From Albugo candida (Eukaryota), in assembly GCA_040437565.1 (NCBI GenBank), contig JBDOQK010000044.1, forward strand, positions 1 through 64,000: a stretch of 64,000 nt of DNA. The letters run 5' to 3'. The notes beneath the pieces were generated by a model, which saw only the letters and a list, made by a program, of their open reading frames with translations, did no database searches and was not told where the DNA came from. Below are positions 49,779-61,535 of this stretch, piece by piece. The translations under genes and the position numbers were made by a program. Numbering within the stretch: the stretch's first letter is position 1; the number at the start of each line of letters is the position of its first letter.

Positions 49779-50828
49779 TCACTCACGATAGTCGATCATA
49801 ATGATCATCATCTTCTTATCGACTTGATCAAACACTTTTATAGTTCCACTCTGAACAAACATTCTCAGTTTTACCAGATCAAAGTTGATCGGTGCTTTTA
49901 CAAACACGAGTTTGGTATGCCATCGCAGTTGGTCGCATATGACGCACAATGGAATGTCATCGAGATACAAATCCAGCTTTTCAACCTCTCGGTACTGTTG
50001 ACCACCCCATGGCGGATCGATAAAGACGACATCTTGCTGGAGAGTCGACATCAATTCGAGATAATTTCTATTCCAGCAAGTGACGTTATGATCGCAACGG
50101 AGAATACCTAAGTTGTGACAAAGCATTCCGTGTCGAGTTGGATCACATTCTACAGCGTGCACGTAAGCAAATGTCTCTGAAAAAGACCAGACGTTTCCTC
50201 CGACACAAGCTGTAGCGTCAGTGATTGTCGCCATCAATCGTCCATTGGAATCAACGGGTACATTGGAATACAGTTCTTCCGTTATCAGACGAGTGATCTC
50301 AATTGCCACAGTGTCTCTAGTGACGCTGTACATTGCGACTTCGTCCATTTGCAAACACTGTCGCTGTCGATATGGAATGCTACCGAAAAAATAATCGCGC
50401 TTATCAAAGCACTTTTCCAGTTGTAAAATTTGAGATGATCCCGGGGAGTGCTGTTCGGACGACTCGATCACTACTCCTTCCTCGACAAGATTTTCAGCTT
50501 TATCTTCCGTTTCAATACGCGTGTTTTCGAGCATCTGAGAGATTGCCAATACTCTACGTGGAAGAGAAGATGATGAAACAGCATCCGAATTCTTTTTCGG
50601 TGTATTTCTGTTTGTTCTTGGCACATTCTTCCGCTTCTCTTTCTTTTCATTTATCCTCGCACTACGACGCGAATTTACGCCGAGTTTCGAGTTTACTGCA
50701 GTGAGACTTAACTCGGCGGTTTTCCTTACACTACGGACTTCATCCTTACCATTCACAGCAATCTTAAGCGATGTAATTTTCGTGGAAATGCGAGTTTTAT
50801 TGTCGACTTGGTCTTCTGTTGTCTCCAT
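49779..50828 (-). CDS. TGS1-family RNA cap guanine-N2 methyltransferase
   Basis: YSVT, the SAM-binding DATACVGGN and VVFIDPPWGG; first ATG at 50828. Confidence 0.85.
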   Translation of the reverse strand: METTEDQVDNKTRISTKITSLKIAVNGKDEVRSVRKTAELSLTAVNSKLGVNSRRSARINEKKEKRKNVPRTNRNTPKKNSDAVSSSSLPRRVLAISQMLENTRIETEDKAENLVEEGVVIESSEQHSPGSSQILQLEKCFDKRDYFFGSIPYRQRQCLQMDEVAMYSVTRDTVAIEITRLITEELYSNVPVDSNGRLMATITDATACVGGNVWSFSETFAYVHAVECDPTRHGMLCHNLGILRCDHNVTCWNRNYLELMSTLQQDVVFIDPPWGGQQYREVEKLDLYLDDIPLCVICDQLRWHTKLVFVKAPINFDLVKLRMFVQSGTIKVFDQVDKKMMIIMIDYRE

Positions 50829-50915
50829 AGGGAAAAATGGCAACGTTCGACAATTTAATTTGCTGAAATATATGATTGAAGTGTTCTGATTGGATAATCG
50901 ACCTCCAAGAGCTTG

Positions 50916-53079
50916 ATGCGATTGTTACGTCATTTGATGACACACAAAACCGCTGAACCGATGGTTTCGAGGCTTTTTTCTTCGGAAACAATGCGCTCAA
51001 AAAACAAGGATTTGGTTTTACCTCTCAGTAGACCGTCTAACGCCCTAAATGCGGACGAAAAAGTAGAAGCTGCAATGCAGAAACTACTGAAAGTGAGCGC
51101 AAAGTACAAAGTTTCAATCGCGTCGTCCTCAAGCATTCCGACACGGAATGACTCTATCATGCTGATGGAACATTATCTGGAACGGCTGAATCTCTCCGTA
51201 CGAGTGCAGAAGCATCTTTCTGTAATTCACGTCGCAGGGACTAAAGGCAAAGGGTCCACATGCGCCATGACAGAACGTATCCTTCGGGAAGAAGGCTTCA
51301 AGACCGGTTTATTTACATCGCCTCACTTGATCTCACCTTGCGAACGTATTCGGATCAATGGAGCTCCTATCACGCCCGACTTATTTTTGCATCATTTTGA
51401 GAGCATTTGGAATCGACTGAATGAAACAGCGGATCAAAGTCAAGGACATCCACCCATAGCCTGGTTCTTTAGATTTCTCACGTTGCTGGCTCTTCAAGTC
51501 TTTGTCGATGAGAAAGTAGATGTGGCGATTCTAGAGGTTGGTCTTGGCGGGCGTCTAGATGCCACAAATGTGATTCAGCAACCCGTTGTCTGCGGAATCA
51601 CAACATTGGATTTCGACCATACTCAAATTTTGGGGAGCACAATAGATGCGATTGCATATGCCGTACGTACATTCCAATTATCTGCCAGCGTTACTTATCG
51701 CATGCTCTCCACTCCTTAGAAAGCCGGGATATTCAAACCAAATGTACCGGCATTCACAGTTAGGCAACAAGACCAGCTAGCGCTAGACACATTGTATACT
51801 TGTGCAAGAGATACGAAGACGCCTTTGTATATAGTTCCATCATTCGATGAATTTGATCACACGTCAGCTAGAAAAGCTGTTTTAGGATTGAAGGGATCGT
51901 ATCAACGAGTGAATGCAGCTTTGGCGGTCACACTCGCTAGCGTCTGGTTGAAGCACCACAACGGTACAAAAGTAGCCTGGACCTCAAATGAGAGCATCGA
52001 TTACCCGTCCATGTTGACGAGTAAGGTGAAAAAGGGATTGGAAGCAGCATTCTGGCCAGCCCGATCGCACACCATACATGATTCCAAAGAGCCGAATCTC
52101 ACGTATCACATCGATGGTGGACACACACTGCAAAGCTTGGTCTGTTGTGCGGAATGGTATAAGGATTCTATACAAAATGGTCCCTGTAAGTCCCCTAGAC
52201 GCATTTTAGTCTTCTCCTGTCATCATGAGCGGAATATTGCTCTCTTGATGGCTCCGTTAGTAGCTTTGCAATTCGACTCGGTCTACTTTTGCCCAACTTC
52301 CGCTTCTCGACCGAGTGATGTGGAGGTACCAACATTCTCGCAAGTATTAAAAACAAGTGGCTTTGAAAGTAGCATTCAGCATTTCACGGAAGAGGAATTA
52401 CACGTCCGCGACCGAGCGACTGGACCTCTTCGATGGCAGCACACAACTGCAGCGATTTGGAAAGAATTAGAGCGACTGCAAGGTCAAAAAGCGAGTCACA
52501 CTCGTGTTATGAACTCCANNNNNNNNNNNNNNNNNNNNNNNNNNNNNNNNNNNNNNNNNNNNNNNNNNNNNNNNNNNNNNNNNNNNNNNNNNNNNNNNNN
52601 NNNNNNNNNNNNNNNNNNAGTCCCCTAGACGCATTTTAGTCTTCTCCTGTCATCATGAGCGGAATATTGCTCTCTTGATGGCTCCGTTAGTAGCTTTGCA
52701 ATTCGACTCGGTCTACTTTTGCCCAACTTCCGCTTCTCGACCGAGTGATGTGGAGGTACCAACATTCTCGCAAGTATTAAAAACAAGTGGCTTTGAAAGT
52801 AGCATTCAGCATTTCACGGAAGAGGAATTACACGTCCGCGACCGAGCGACTGGACCTCTTCGATGGCAGCACACAACTGCAGCGATTTGGAAAGAATTAG
52901 AGCGACTGCAAGGTCAAAAAGCGAGTCACACTCGTGTTATGAACTCCACTAAAGAGTTTATGGAGCTGATTCGTTCCACGCAAAATCATGAGCTTCATAA
53001 CCATGTTTTATTCACAGGCTCTTTGTATCTTGCCGGAGAAGTTCTTCGATGTTTAGGCTGGAAAGAGGGCTATAATTGA
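50916..53079 (+). CDS. FPGS: Folylpolyglutamate synthase with a probable mitochondrial-type presequence; intron 51663-51719; overlap gap 52519-52618
   Basis: IHVAGTKGKGST, FTSPHL, EVGLGGRLDATNV, KAGIFK, DGGHT and TGSLYLAG. Confidence 0.95.
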
Positions 53080-53170
53080 AAATAAAACTAGCTTGTACTT
53101 ATTAGCATGAATTTCTGATAGTGGAACTGCTCAAATAAGTAATTTTGGTAGTAGCTGATTGGTGGGAATT

Positions 53171-53685
53171 ATGCCGCGAATTCGACGACGAAACAATGTT
53201 AAAGTGAAGCGGCGATTGAAGCCTCAGCGTAAATACAAAAACAAGTTTGTTGGTGATCAGAACATTCAAAAGCTATGGGATCATAAGAAAACAGTTAACC
53301 AGAATTATGAGAAAATCGGCCTTCTTTTGAATTCAAACGCATGCAAAGACCTCCGAGAAGCTTTTAGTAGCTCAAATGGCGACGCAAGTGCCGAAGATAC
53401 CTTATACCAAGTTCCCGATAGTGATTTCCTCAACGAAAGGAACCCAAAGCGTCAGAAAAATCACATGTCAGCAGAAGAAATACAGTATTTGAGACCGCTG
53501 ATTGCGAAACATAAGGAGAATTACAAGGTACTGAAGTGATGTTGTTGGCACTTGTCATTACTAATCAACTCGTTTTACAGGCTATGGCATTAGACGTGAA
53601 AGTGAACTGCTATCAATGGACTGAAAATAAACTCCGGCGTCGCTGCGGTCGCCTCGCATTACTTGATGCCAATATTATTCAATAG
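53171..53685 (+). CDS. NOP16: Nucleolar protein 16 (60S biogenesis); intron 53528-53580
   Basis: KLWDHKKTVNQNYEKIGL and MSAEE...LIAKHKENYK|AMALDVKVNCYQWT. Confidence 0.85.
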
Positions 53686-53905
53686 AGTTTTACTTTATTT
53701 GTGGGTCTCTGTGCTCTTCAGCGCGAAGATGAAAGGCTACTGACACTTTTATTCGATACATAAACACTTTTCTGCGTAAAAATGGGGATACCATCGCGCA
53801 ACTAAAGCTGACGCACGCCGCCAATGAGATATGTGCGCGGCTTTTTACATATTTAATGAATTTCGCGCCAAACTTTAAATTCGAATTTCGGTGCAGTGAG
53901 CTCTT

Positions 53906-55881
53906 ATGGGAATCACCGGCCTTCTACCATTGCTGAAGAGTATTTCGGAAGAAAAAACACTTGCAGAGTATCGAGGAGAGACTCTCGCTGTGGATGGCTA
54001 CTGCTGGTTACTATGCAGTTTGCACGCCTCGGAAAAGGCTCATTCTGATACATTTCTCTAGGCTCCACCAAGTCATGCACAGATGCGGCGTCGACGATTT
54101 TCTTGATCCAAAATCGGAGAGGTTTTCTTGCAGTCTCCGCTTTGCTCAATGTAGGCTGCTCTTTGAATTACGCTCTGGTAGGTACATCGACTATTTTCTA
54201 GCCCGAGTGGACAATCTCGTTCGGCAAGGAGTATCCCCTTACATAGTATTCGATGGAGGCCCGCTTCCATCAAAAGCGCACACGGAAGAAGCGAGGAGAC
54301 TGTAAGAGTCTGGTTGCTGCTTTCATTTATGAGATTGTAACATTCAGTCTATAGGACCCGGAAGAAAAACAGAGAGAAAGCAATAAAGTTTCTGAGCCAA
54401 AAAAACAAGGAACAAGCACGGAAACACTTTATCCGTTCAGTTGATATCTCTCCGTACATGGCGCATCGCGTGATTTTGGTACTGTTATTCAGAATCGAAA
54501 ATAATCTCTTCCAATCGCCTCATCTTTGAGCTACGTGTTAGAGGTTGAGACAGAAAAATATCAAATACGTTGTGGCTCCTTATGAGGCTGACGCACAATT
54601 AGCATATTTAGTCAAGCGCGGCCTCGTCAATGGAGTTATCACAGAAGATTCGGATTGTCTGATTTTCAATTGTGACAAAGTCGTAGCTGCTTACTCGTCG
54701 TATTTCAGACTTTCTCCTCAATCTTCTCTGTAGGTGCTGTTCAAGTTAAATTATCAAGGCGCAGTGCGGGAGATCAAAGTACAAAACATTTTGAAGAATA
54801 GCGAACCAGACTTGCAATTTTTCACGCACGATATGGTACCCAAACCATATAGAATTCTAGCTATTGATAAATCGCTTTGCAGTTCATTGAGATGTGCATT
54901 TTCTCGGGATGTGACTACTTGGCCAATTTACCTCGAATCGGTCTCAGGACATCGTATAATCTATTCAAAAAATACGGCTCCGTGAAAAAAGTGTTCCAAA
55001 CATTGCGACTTGAAGGAAAGGTGAACGTGCCGGAGTCCTACGAAGACGGTTTTGCAAGAGCAAAATTGACTTTCAAGCATCAACGCGTTTACGATCCTTT
55101 GGAAAAAGTAAGCTTTCACTATGCATCATCTTCGTTTCGATACTGAGTTTTTGTATAGAAACTTGTTTTTTTGTCACCGCCTTCGGACGAATTGAGGAGA
55201 CAAATCACAGACTGGAGCTTTCTTGGACTGGATATATCAGATGCGTATGCAACAGCCGTAGCGATTGGAGACATCGATCCCATCACAATGAAGTGCTTTG
55301 GAACACCTCAAAGCGATTTCCCGCTCGCTCAGATTCCATTTTCGAGCGTGAGTGACAAGACCAGTACTTTAATTGTGGAACGTGACAAAGACTCTCAATG
55401 TACCTCATCAAGCTCTCTTTTGTGCGAAACGGATCGAGAGGAATCGGATAGAGGCGCAATGTCGTCACAGTCGCAAGAAGCAAGCATCCACACAAATGAA
55501 GCAGATAGAGTGCTGGTACATCCCATGCAAAAAGCACAGGAAGAAACCGCATTTGATCGAATGATGCGTGCGGGCTCACAGCTACAAAAACGAAGCCTGA
55601 AACGAAAACGTGTGGAGAAAATATCAAAGACGGTTTCCATCACAACACTCAATGCGAAACCCCGCTTTTTCGGTCTACAACCCCTGCACTCCTCTCAAGG
55701 TCCTGAGCTATCCATATTAGCAAGTAACCAGCCATGCAATCCAATTCCTCACAAAATTGCAAAGGCAGAGCTGAATACTTGCAGGATGGAATCAGCGATT
55801 GAAAGGCCTGAGCCTTTTCAGCGATCGAATTTGAAGTTTGCGAATTTTCGGTATAGAAACACCAACGAAACAAAGCTGTAA
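53906..55881 (+). CDS. EXO1: Exonuclease 1 (XPG/FEN1 family), multi-exon
   Basis: [60 protein letters not shown] and FKHQRVYDP; about seven short GT-AG introns. Confidence 0.92.
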
Positions 55882-56725
55882 CAATGGTAACCAAACTGTA
55901 CCTTTAATGCAATTTGGTCGCAAATGTGAGGCTCATTGATACACAGAAAGAATACTGAAAGGCTGGCAGCGCTTGATCGTAATTCTTGCGTTCGGCTGCT
56001 CAAATAGTGGTTTCTCGGCACCCAACAAAGTACTAGATGATTGTCTGAGACTTTGCTGCCCGATGCAAACATCCATACGGCTTCTCTTTACGCTTCATAA
56101 AAATTCGAGCACGAGATTGGTAACAGACATGATAGATAATTCTGTCAATCCATCAACCCAATCAAAGCCACTTAGAAGCCGCTGTATCATGGATCGATCG
56201 CCATTTCCATTGTCAAAGTTTTGACTTCATTCATTTGCAGTTGATCTTCGAGCATGTCGTGCTATCACAGCAAAAGCAACGTCACCAATCCGTCGCGCTG
56301 TGAACGATCAATCTGTATGATATCATGGGCAACTAAGCTGTATAAAGCGCGTGTAATCTCTTCTGAGCTGCATACTCGATTCTTCGCATCCATAGCTTTT
56401 GTTGCTTTCTCCTTCAATTCCGCCATGTTGATTTGCCCAGAATGGAGATACAGGGAGTTGAGTATACACGATTTGATAGAGGATACTTCCTCCATATCCC
56501 AGTTTGATTCAACGATCGACCGCAAACGACTTATAAGATTGGCCAGAATCNNNNNNNNNNNNNNNNNNNNNNNNNNNNNNNNNNNNNNNNNNNNNNNNNN
56601 NNNNNNNNNNNNNNNNNNNNNNNNNNNNNNNNNNNNNNNNNNNNNNNNNNTGGATCGATCGCCATTTCCATTGTCAAAGTTTTGACTTCATTCATTTGCA
56701 GTTGATCTTCGAGCATGTCGTGCTA

Positions 56726-57877
56726 TCACAGCAAAAGCAACGTCACCAATCCGTCGCGCTGTGAACGATCAATCTGTATGATATCATGGGCAACTAAGCT
56801 GTATAAAGCGCGTGTAATCTCTTCTGAGCTGCATACTCGATTCTTCGCATCCATAGCTTTTGTTGCTTTCTCCTTCAATTCCGCCATGTTGATTTGCCCA
56901 GAATGGAGATACAGGGAGTTGAGTATACACGATTTGATAGAGGATACTTCCTCCATATCCCAGTTTGATTCAACGATCGACCGCAAACGACTTATAAGAT
57001 TGGCCAGAATCTGCTTTCCCGCAACTAGTTCAGTTCGCACAGCTCCTAATTCTGCACATTGATCAGTACTTTCGGTGCCAGAACTCTTCTTCGCTTTTTT
57101 TCTGGCGACCTCCCCAGTTTTCGTTTCGTGAGGCTTTTTCCTCGCGAGCATTAATCTCAACTCAGCGCAGAGCTTCCTCACATCTGGATGAGCTTGTTTC
57201 CTCGGTGATGATGATAATAAAGCTTCCAGGTTCTCTCGTTTCCGTTTACATTCACGTTCTGTTTCAACGGATTTGGTTGCAGCATGCAGATCTCGCAACT
57301 CTCTCTGACGGAGATTTATTGCTTCCTCCAAAACTTGAATTTCATCATCAAGATGGCTTTTTTCTAAATTTGCGGAAGGAGACACACACGGGCTTTTCGT
57401 CTCATCAGCTAAAATCGCTTTAAGTCGTTCAATCTGCTCTCCTTTCACTTTCATCTCCTTTTCCCAATCGATTTCCTGCTCCTCTAACTTTTTTTCCACA
57501 TTGTCATTGACACTCTCCGCCTCAGCTGCGAGCTTTTTTGATTTTTCTCTCAATTTTGCGATGGTGGATCGAAGCGATCGATAGCGTCTTAATATCCGAT
57601 CGGATGAATCGCGTTCTTCGATATCGTTAGCGTTCGCTTTGTGACTCAATGTATGAATCCACGGTAAATCCTCTTTGGAAGCTTGCTGAATTACTTCACA
57701 TCTCGACGAGATTAATTGATTTGCCCCTACAGCAGTAGTATGTAGGCTGAAGTCGTGATTTTCTTCGGACTTGTTGAAAATAGATTCTTGTAGATGGTTT
57801 GCAACACGAGTGAGGTCTGCTACTGCATCACTAAAGAATTGATTCTGCATTGTCCAATCAGTTGGGGAAATTGCCAT
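56726..57877 (-). CDS. Hypothetical coiled-coil protein, 383 aa
   Basis: Uninterrupted ATG-initiated ORF with a heptad-rich E/K/R middle; I recognise no family. Confidence 0.7.
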   Translation of the reverse strand: MAISPTDWTMQNQFFSDAVADLTRVANHLQESIFNKSEENHDFSLHTTAVGANQLISSRCEVIQQASKEDLPWIHTLSHKANANDIEERDSSDRILRRYRSLRSTIAKLREKSKKLAAEAESVNDNVEKKLEEQEIDWEKEMKVKGEQIERLKAILADETKSPCVSPSANLEKSHLDDEIQVLEEAINLRQRELRDLHAATKSVETERECKRKRENLEALLSSSPRKQAHPDVRKLCAELRLMLARKKPHETKTGEVARKKAKKSSGTESTDQCAELGAVRTELVAGKQILANLISRLRSIVESNWDMEEVSSIKSCILNSLYLHSGQINMAELKEKATKAMDAKNRVCSSEEITRALYSLVAHDIIQIDRSQRDGLVTLLLL

Positions 57878-57974
57878 TTCAGACGTCGGACTTAGTCGTC
57901 ACATTAAAGTATACTTACCGTCGTAGCATTTTTGCCCAATTAGACTTGATTTAGCAGACCCGAGGTATTGGAAA

Positions 57975-58321
57975 ATGCCGTCATTTACAGAATTCAACCA
58001 ATCACAATGCACGTATATCTCCGATTTCTCAAATGCTAAATATATGATCGATCGTTATGTACTCTGCGAAGAGGATGCATTCAGTAAGAAAGTAACAATA
58101 CTCTCTAAAGTACATCAGCGGGCATGGGACCGATATGGACCCACTATAAGACGGGGGATTATTTGAATTTCTTTGGTGGCTGTGAACGGCAAGTAAAAGA
58201 AATTAGACCATATAATTGGTCAAAAAGAAACGAAAGAAGAGAAAGCGTTGATGATCTCATTTTTGTCGAATCAGTTAAGAGTTATACACACAGCGTCAAT
58301 AGGCTTGTATATGAAGCGTAA
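57975..58321 (+). CDS. Possible small hypothetical gene
   Basis: ORFs 57975-58166 and 58124-58321 can be joined by a 35-nt GTAAG...CAG intron (58084-58118); no recognisable motif. Confidence 0.2.
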
Positions 58322-58533
58322 AATAAAAACTGGTGAAATCCATTCGACTTTTGAGACAACTTTGTCAGAGCTTGTGACGATGATCTTACCTCAAGCAGTC
58401 TCGCGCCAAATAATAATCATAAAATACAAATCTTTCATGCTAACACGACTCCTTCAGACCCTCTCCTTCATACGCAACATAGTATTCTGCGAGCTGTCGC
58501 CAAGTGAGCTTCTATTAAAGCCATACATCGTCA

Positions 58534-59761
58534 ATGATGACTGGACAGAAGCGAACATTTGACTTTGCGTCGAATTTGATCGCTTGGCATTCCAATTTCA
58601 ATGCTGAAACCTCTCGTTATAGAAACATCGTTGAAAACCATCCCATCAATCAGCAAATTGAAATTGTGCTCGCTGGAAAAAAAGGAATTGAAATCGCAAA
58701 AACTTTGCAATGGGAAGGAGCCTTTTACTATAAAATTACAGCGAATCCCGCCATGTTTTTGGACAAAGATTTTAGAGAAAAGTATGTGACGAAAGGATCC
58801 GTCTCCATGCTCACAAAGAATGTACCAATTGACGCCAGTAACACAGCCTGTCTCCTTCCAACAGGTAACACAACATCCGAAATCGGAGCTGCTTTCTTGA
58901 CCGCTGCCTTTAGGGGAGCTGATTCTTGTTGTCAGCAAGGACACGTACGAGAAAATTGGCATCACTGGGAAGAAATATGGAGGCTTTGGCAAGAAGAAAC
59001 GCAAACTCTGTCAAACATTGCGGAAGAATCAGACCCGTAACGTGAAGATAGGCCAGCGGTACATTATCGTCCTCGACTTAAAGTCAAAATCTCTCGCGGA
59101 TGGGGAATTAACACGAAAAATGGTGCTGTTAAACACTCATTTTCCTGACGTGTGTATGCTAATCAGTGCGACGAATGAAAACGGAAAGCCGCAGACAATT
59201 GTGTTTGATGAGAATTTCGTCAAAGCGCGAGAACGTATCGATAGCAGTTGTCAATGTACGACATATACCGACGTGTATGTGCCGCGTGTAAGCACACTTG
59301 CAACGGATGTGACGGAATCGTCCACAAATGTGTCGGAAATGTGTCAAAAGTTGAATGATGTGAGGCAATGGCTTGGGTTTGTATCGTGTCGCTTGGAGTC
59401 CTTACTTAAACAGGAAAAGCCCGACGGGTACGCTTGTTCATATTCCGGGGAGCTCGAATTACCATCTGAAAGGGATACGATCACAATACTCCGATGGAGA
59501 GGATTCTTATCGTCTAGCATGTGCACTCGTTTACTCGATACATTGCGTTCTCATCTTCAGAGTGAAGCGATTGAATGGGCGAGCTTCTCATCTTGGGGTT
59601 TTCAAGACGCTCCAGTGTCGTGGGTACTCGACAAGACGAATGCTTACGACACGGAGCACGGAGTTATGTTCCACGGAAGCAATACGTATACGTTTATCAT
59701 GCTTCCGCGTGAGGAGTACTACTCGATTCAATCTATAGGTCCTCACGATACAACGGCTTGA
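58534..59761 (+). CDS. RPP40: Ribonuclease P/MRP subunit p40-like; intron at about 58865-58912
   Basis: The C-terminal RWRGFLSS...WASFSSWGFQDAPVSW...EHG...GSNTY fits the RPP40 pattern. The N-terminal NHPINQQIE also fits. Confidence 0.75.
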
Positions 59762-59895
59762 TTAAAAGCTCAATAAGCGAGTCCCCGCGCGATCTCAAGG
59801 ATCACTAAAGGACGCGGCTGGAAAGAACGCAGGCACTGTGTGATATTGTATCGACGCAGACCCTCAATCTGTCATATATTATCAAGGCATTACTC

Positions 59896-61391
59896 CTAAA
59901 TCTCTTTGCATCGCATGTCTTGTACGTTAAATCCCGGCATTTCAAAAGAAGTGGCGAGCGCATTGACATCTTTGCGAAGTAGTGCGACACCTTGATGCAT
60001 TTCGGCGGCTTTGATAAAATCAACAAGTTTTTTACCACTCGTTTGCTGAATCTCAATGCAGAGTTTGACCGCACGATCGAGAAATTCGGCTACTTGAACG
60101 AAATCCTTCTCCACAAATCCTCGACTCGTCAACGCTGGTGTACCAATTCGAACTCCTCCGGGTGAGAGAGCACTTCGATCGCCCAAGACCGCGTTCTTAT
60201 TCAGCGTGATGCACACTAAATCACAGAGTTTTTCAAGCTTGGAGCCCGTGATACCAACAGGTCGAAGATCCCATAAAACCAAATGGTTTTCTGTTCCACC
60301 GGTGCACATGGAGTAACCTTTGGAGATCAGCGTCTCAGCCACAACTTTGGAATTCTTTATCACCTGTTGTGCGTATTTCTTGAATTCAGGTGTCATTACT
60401 TCCTTGAGCTGGGTAGCCACCCCTGCAATCTGGTGTTCATGAGGACCGCCTTGGAGTGCAGGAAACACTGCATTATTGATCCGAGACTCGAATTCGCGTT
60501 CGTCTTTCCGGTAAAATATCATTCCGGCTCGTGGTCCACGCAAGCTTTTGTGTGTCGTTGTTGTGACCACATCACAAAATTCAAAGGGTGAACGATGCTC
60601 TCCAGCCGCAACCAGTCCGCTGTAATGGGCCATATCACACATTAATAGCGCGCCGTTCTCATCGGCTATGGTGCGAAATCGATCATAATCCCAATCTCTA
60701 GGATATGCGCTACCACCACAGATGATCATTGCTGGTTTAAAGAGAGAAGCTTGGTCTGACAAAGCTTGAAAGTCAATCAGTCCAGTCTCTGAGCTGACTC
60801 GATACGGAAGACTTTCAAAGTAGACAGATGTTGCCGATACTGCTTTTCTCGTCTTCTCGGCTTTTGAGTACGTGTAGAATCCATGCGTCAAATGACCCCC
60901 GCTTGGAAGATCCAGACCCATAATTCGGTCATGTGGCTTGAGGAGCGCAGTGTAGACAGCAAAATTAGCTGGACTTCCTGAATATGGCTGCACATTCACA
61001 CCCCATTTCTCTGGATCCAACCCGTACGCTTGAAGAGCTCGTTCCTGACACAAAATCTCAATCTTATCGATCACTTCATTGCCGCCATAATAACGCTGAT
61101 GAGGGACTCCTTCGGCGTATTTATTAGTCAGACACGAGCCCAAGCATTCCATCACAGCCTGTGATGTGAAATTCTATAGAAAACGAGTCAATCACGGTCG
61201 AGTCTATTACTGGACGGTGAGTCTCACCTCGGAAGCGATGAGCTCCAGGCATTTCCATTGTCTATTCTTCTCTTGTTCAATCAGTTTGAATAGCTCGTTA
61301 TCATGTTGCTCAAGTGGCACATTTCCCGGCTAAAATCAGCGTGAGATCGCTTATCATTCACAAGCATTCGAGTGCTACTTACCAGTGGCAT
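59896..61391 (-). CDS. SHMT: Serine hydroxymethyltransferase, 3 exons, no obvious presequence
   Basis: [46 protein letters not shown] (PLP lysine) and FPALQGGPH. Confidence 0.97.
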
Positions 61392-61535
61392 GTTGTCGAC
61401 TAAACGGCTGGCTCGTATTTACTCGTGCTGAACAGGCGTATAAACGATACTATACGGTAATACATACTATAATAGCGTGCTGCACACTAATGCAATACCA
61501 AATGTCTCGTTGTATCTCCTTGTCCATGCCGCGAC

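Noticed and set aside
52189-52949. Duplicated FPGS C-terminal segment
   Set aside because: Identical flanks of gap 52519-52618.
56190-57010. Duplicated 3' end of the coiled-coil gene (ORF 56265-56525)
   Set aside because: Identical flanks of gap 56551-56650.
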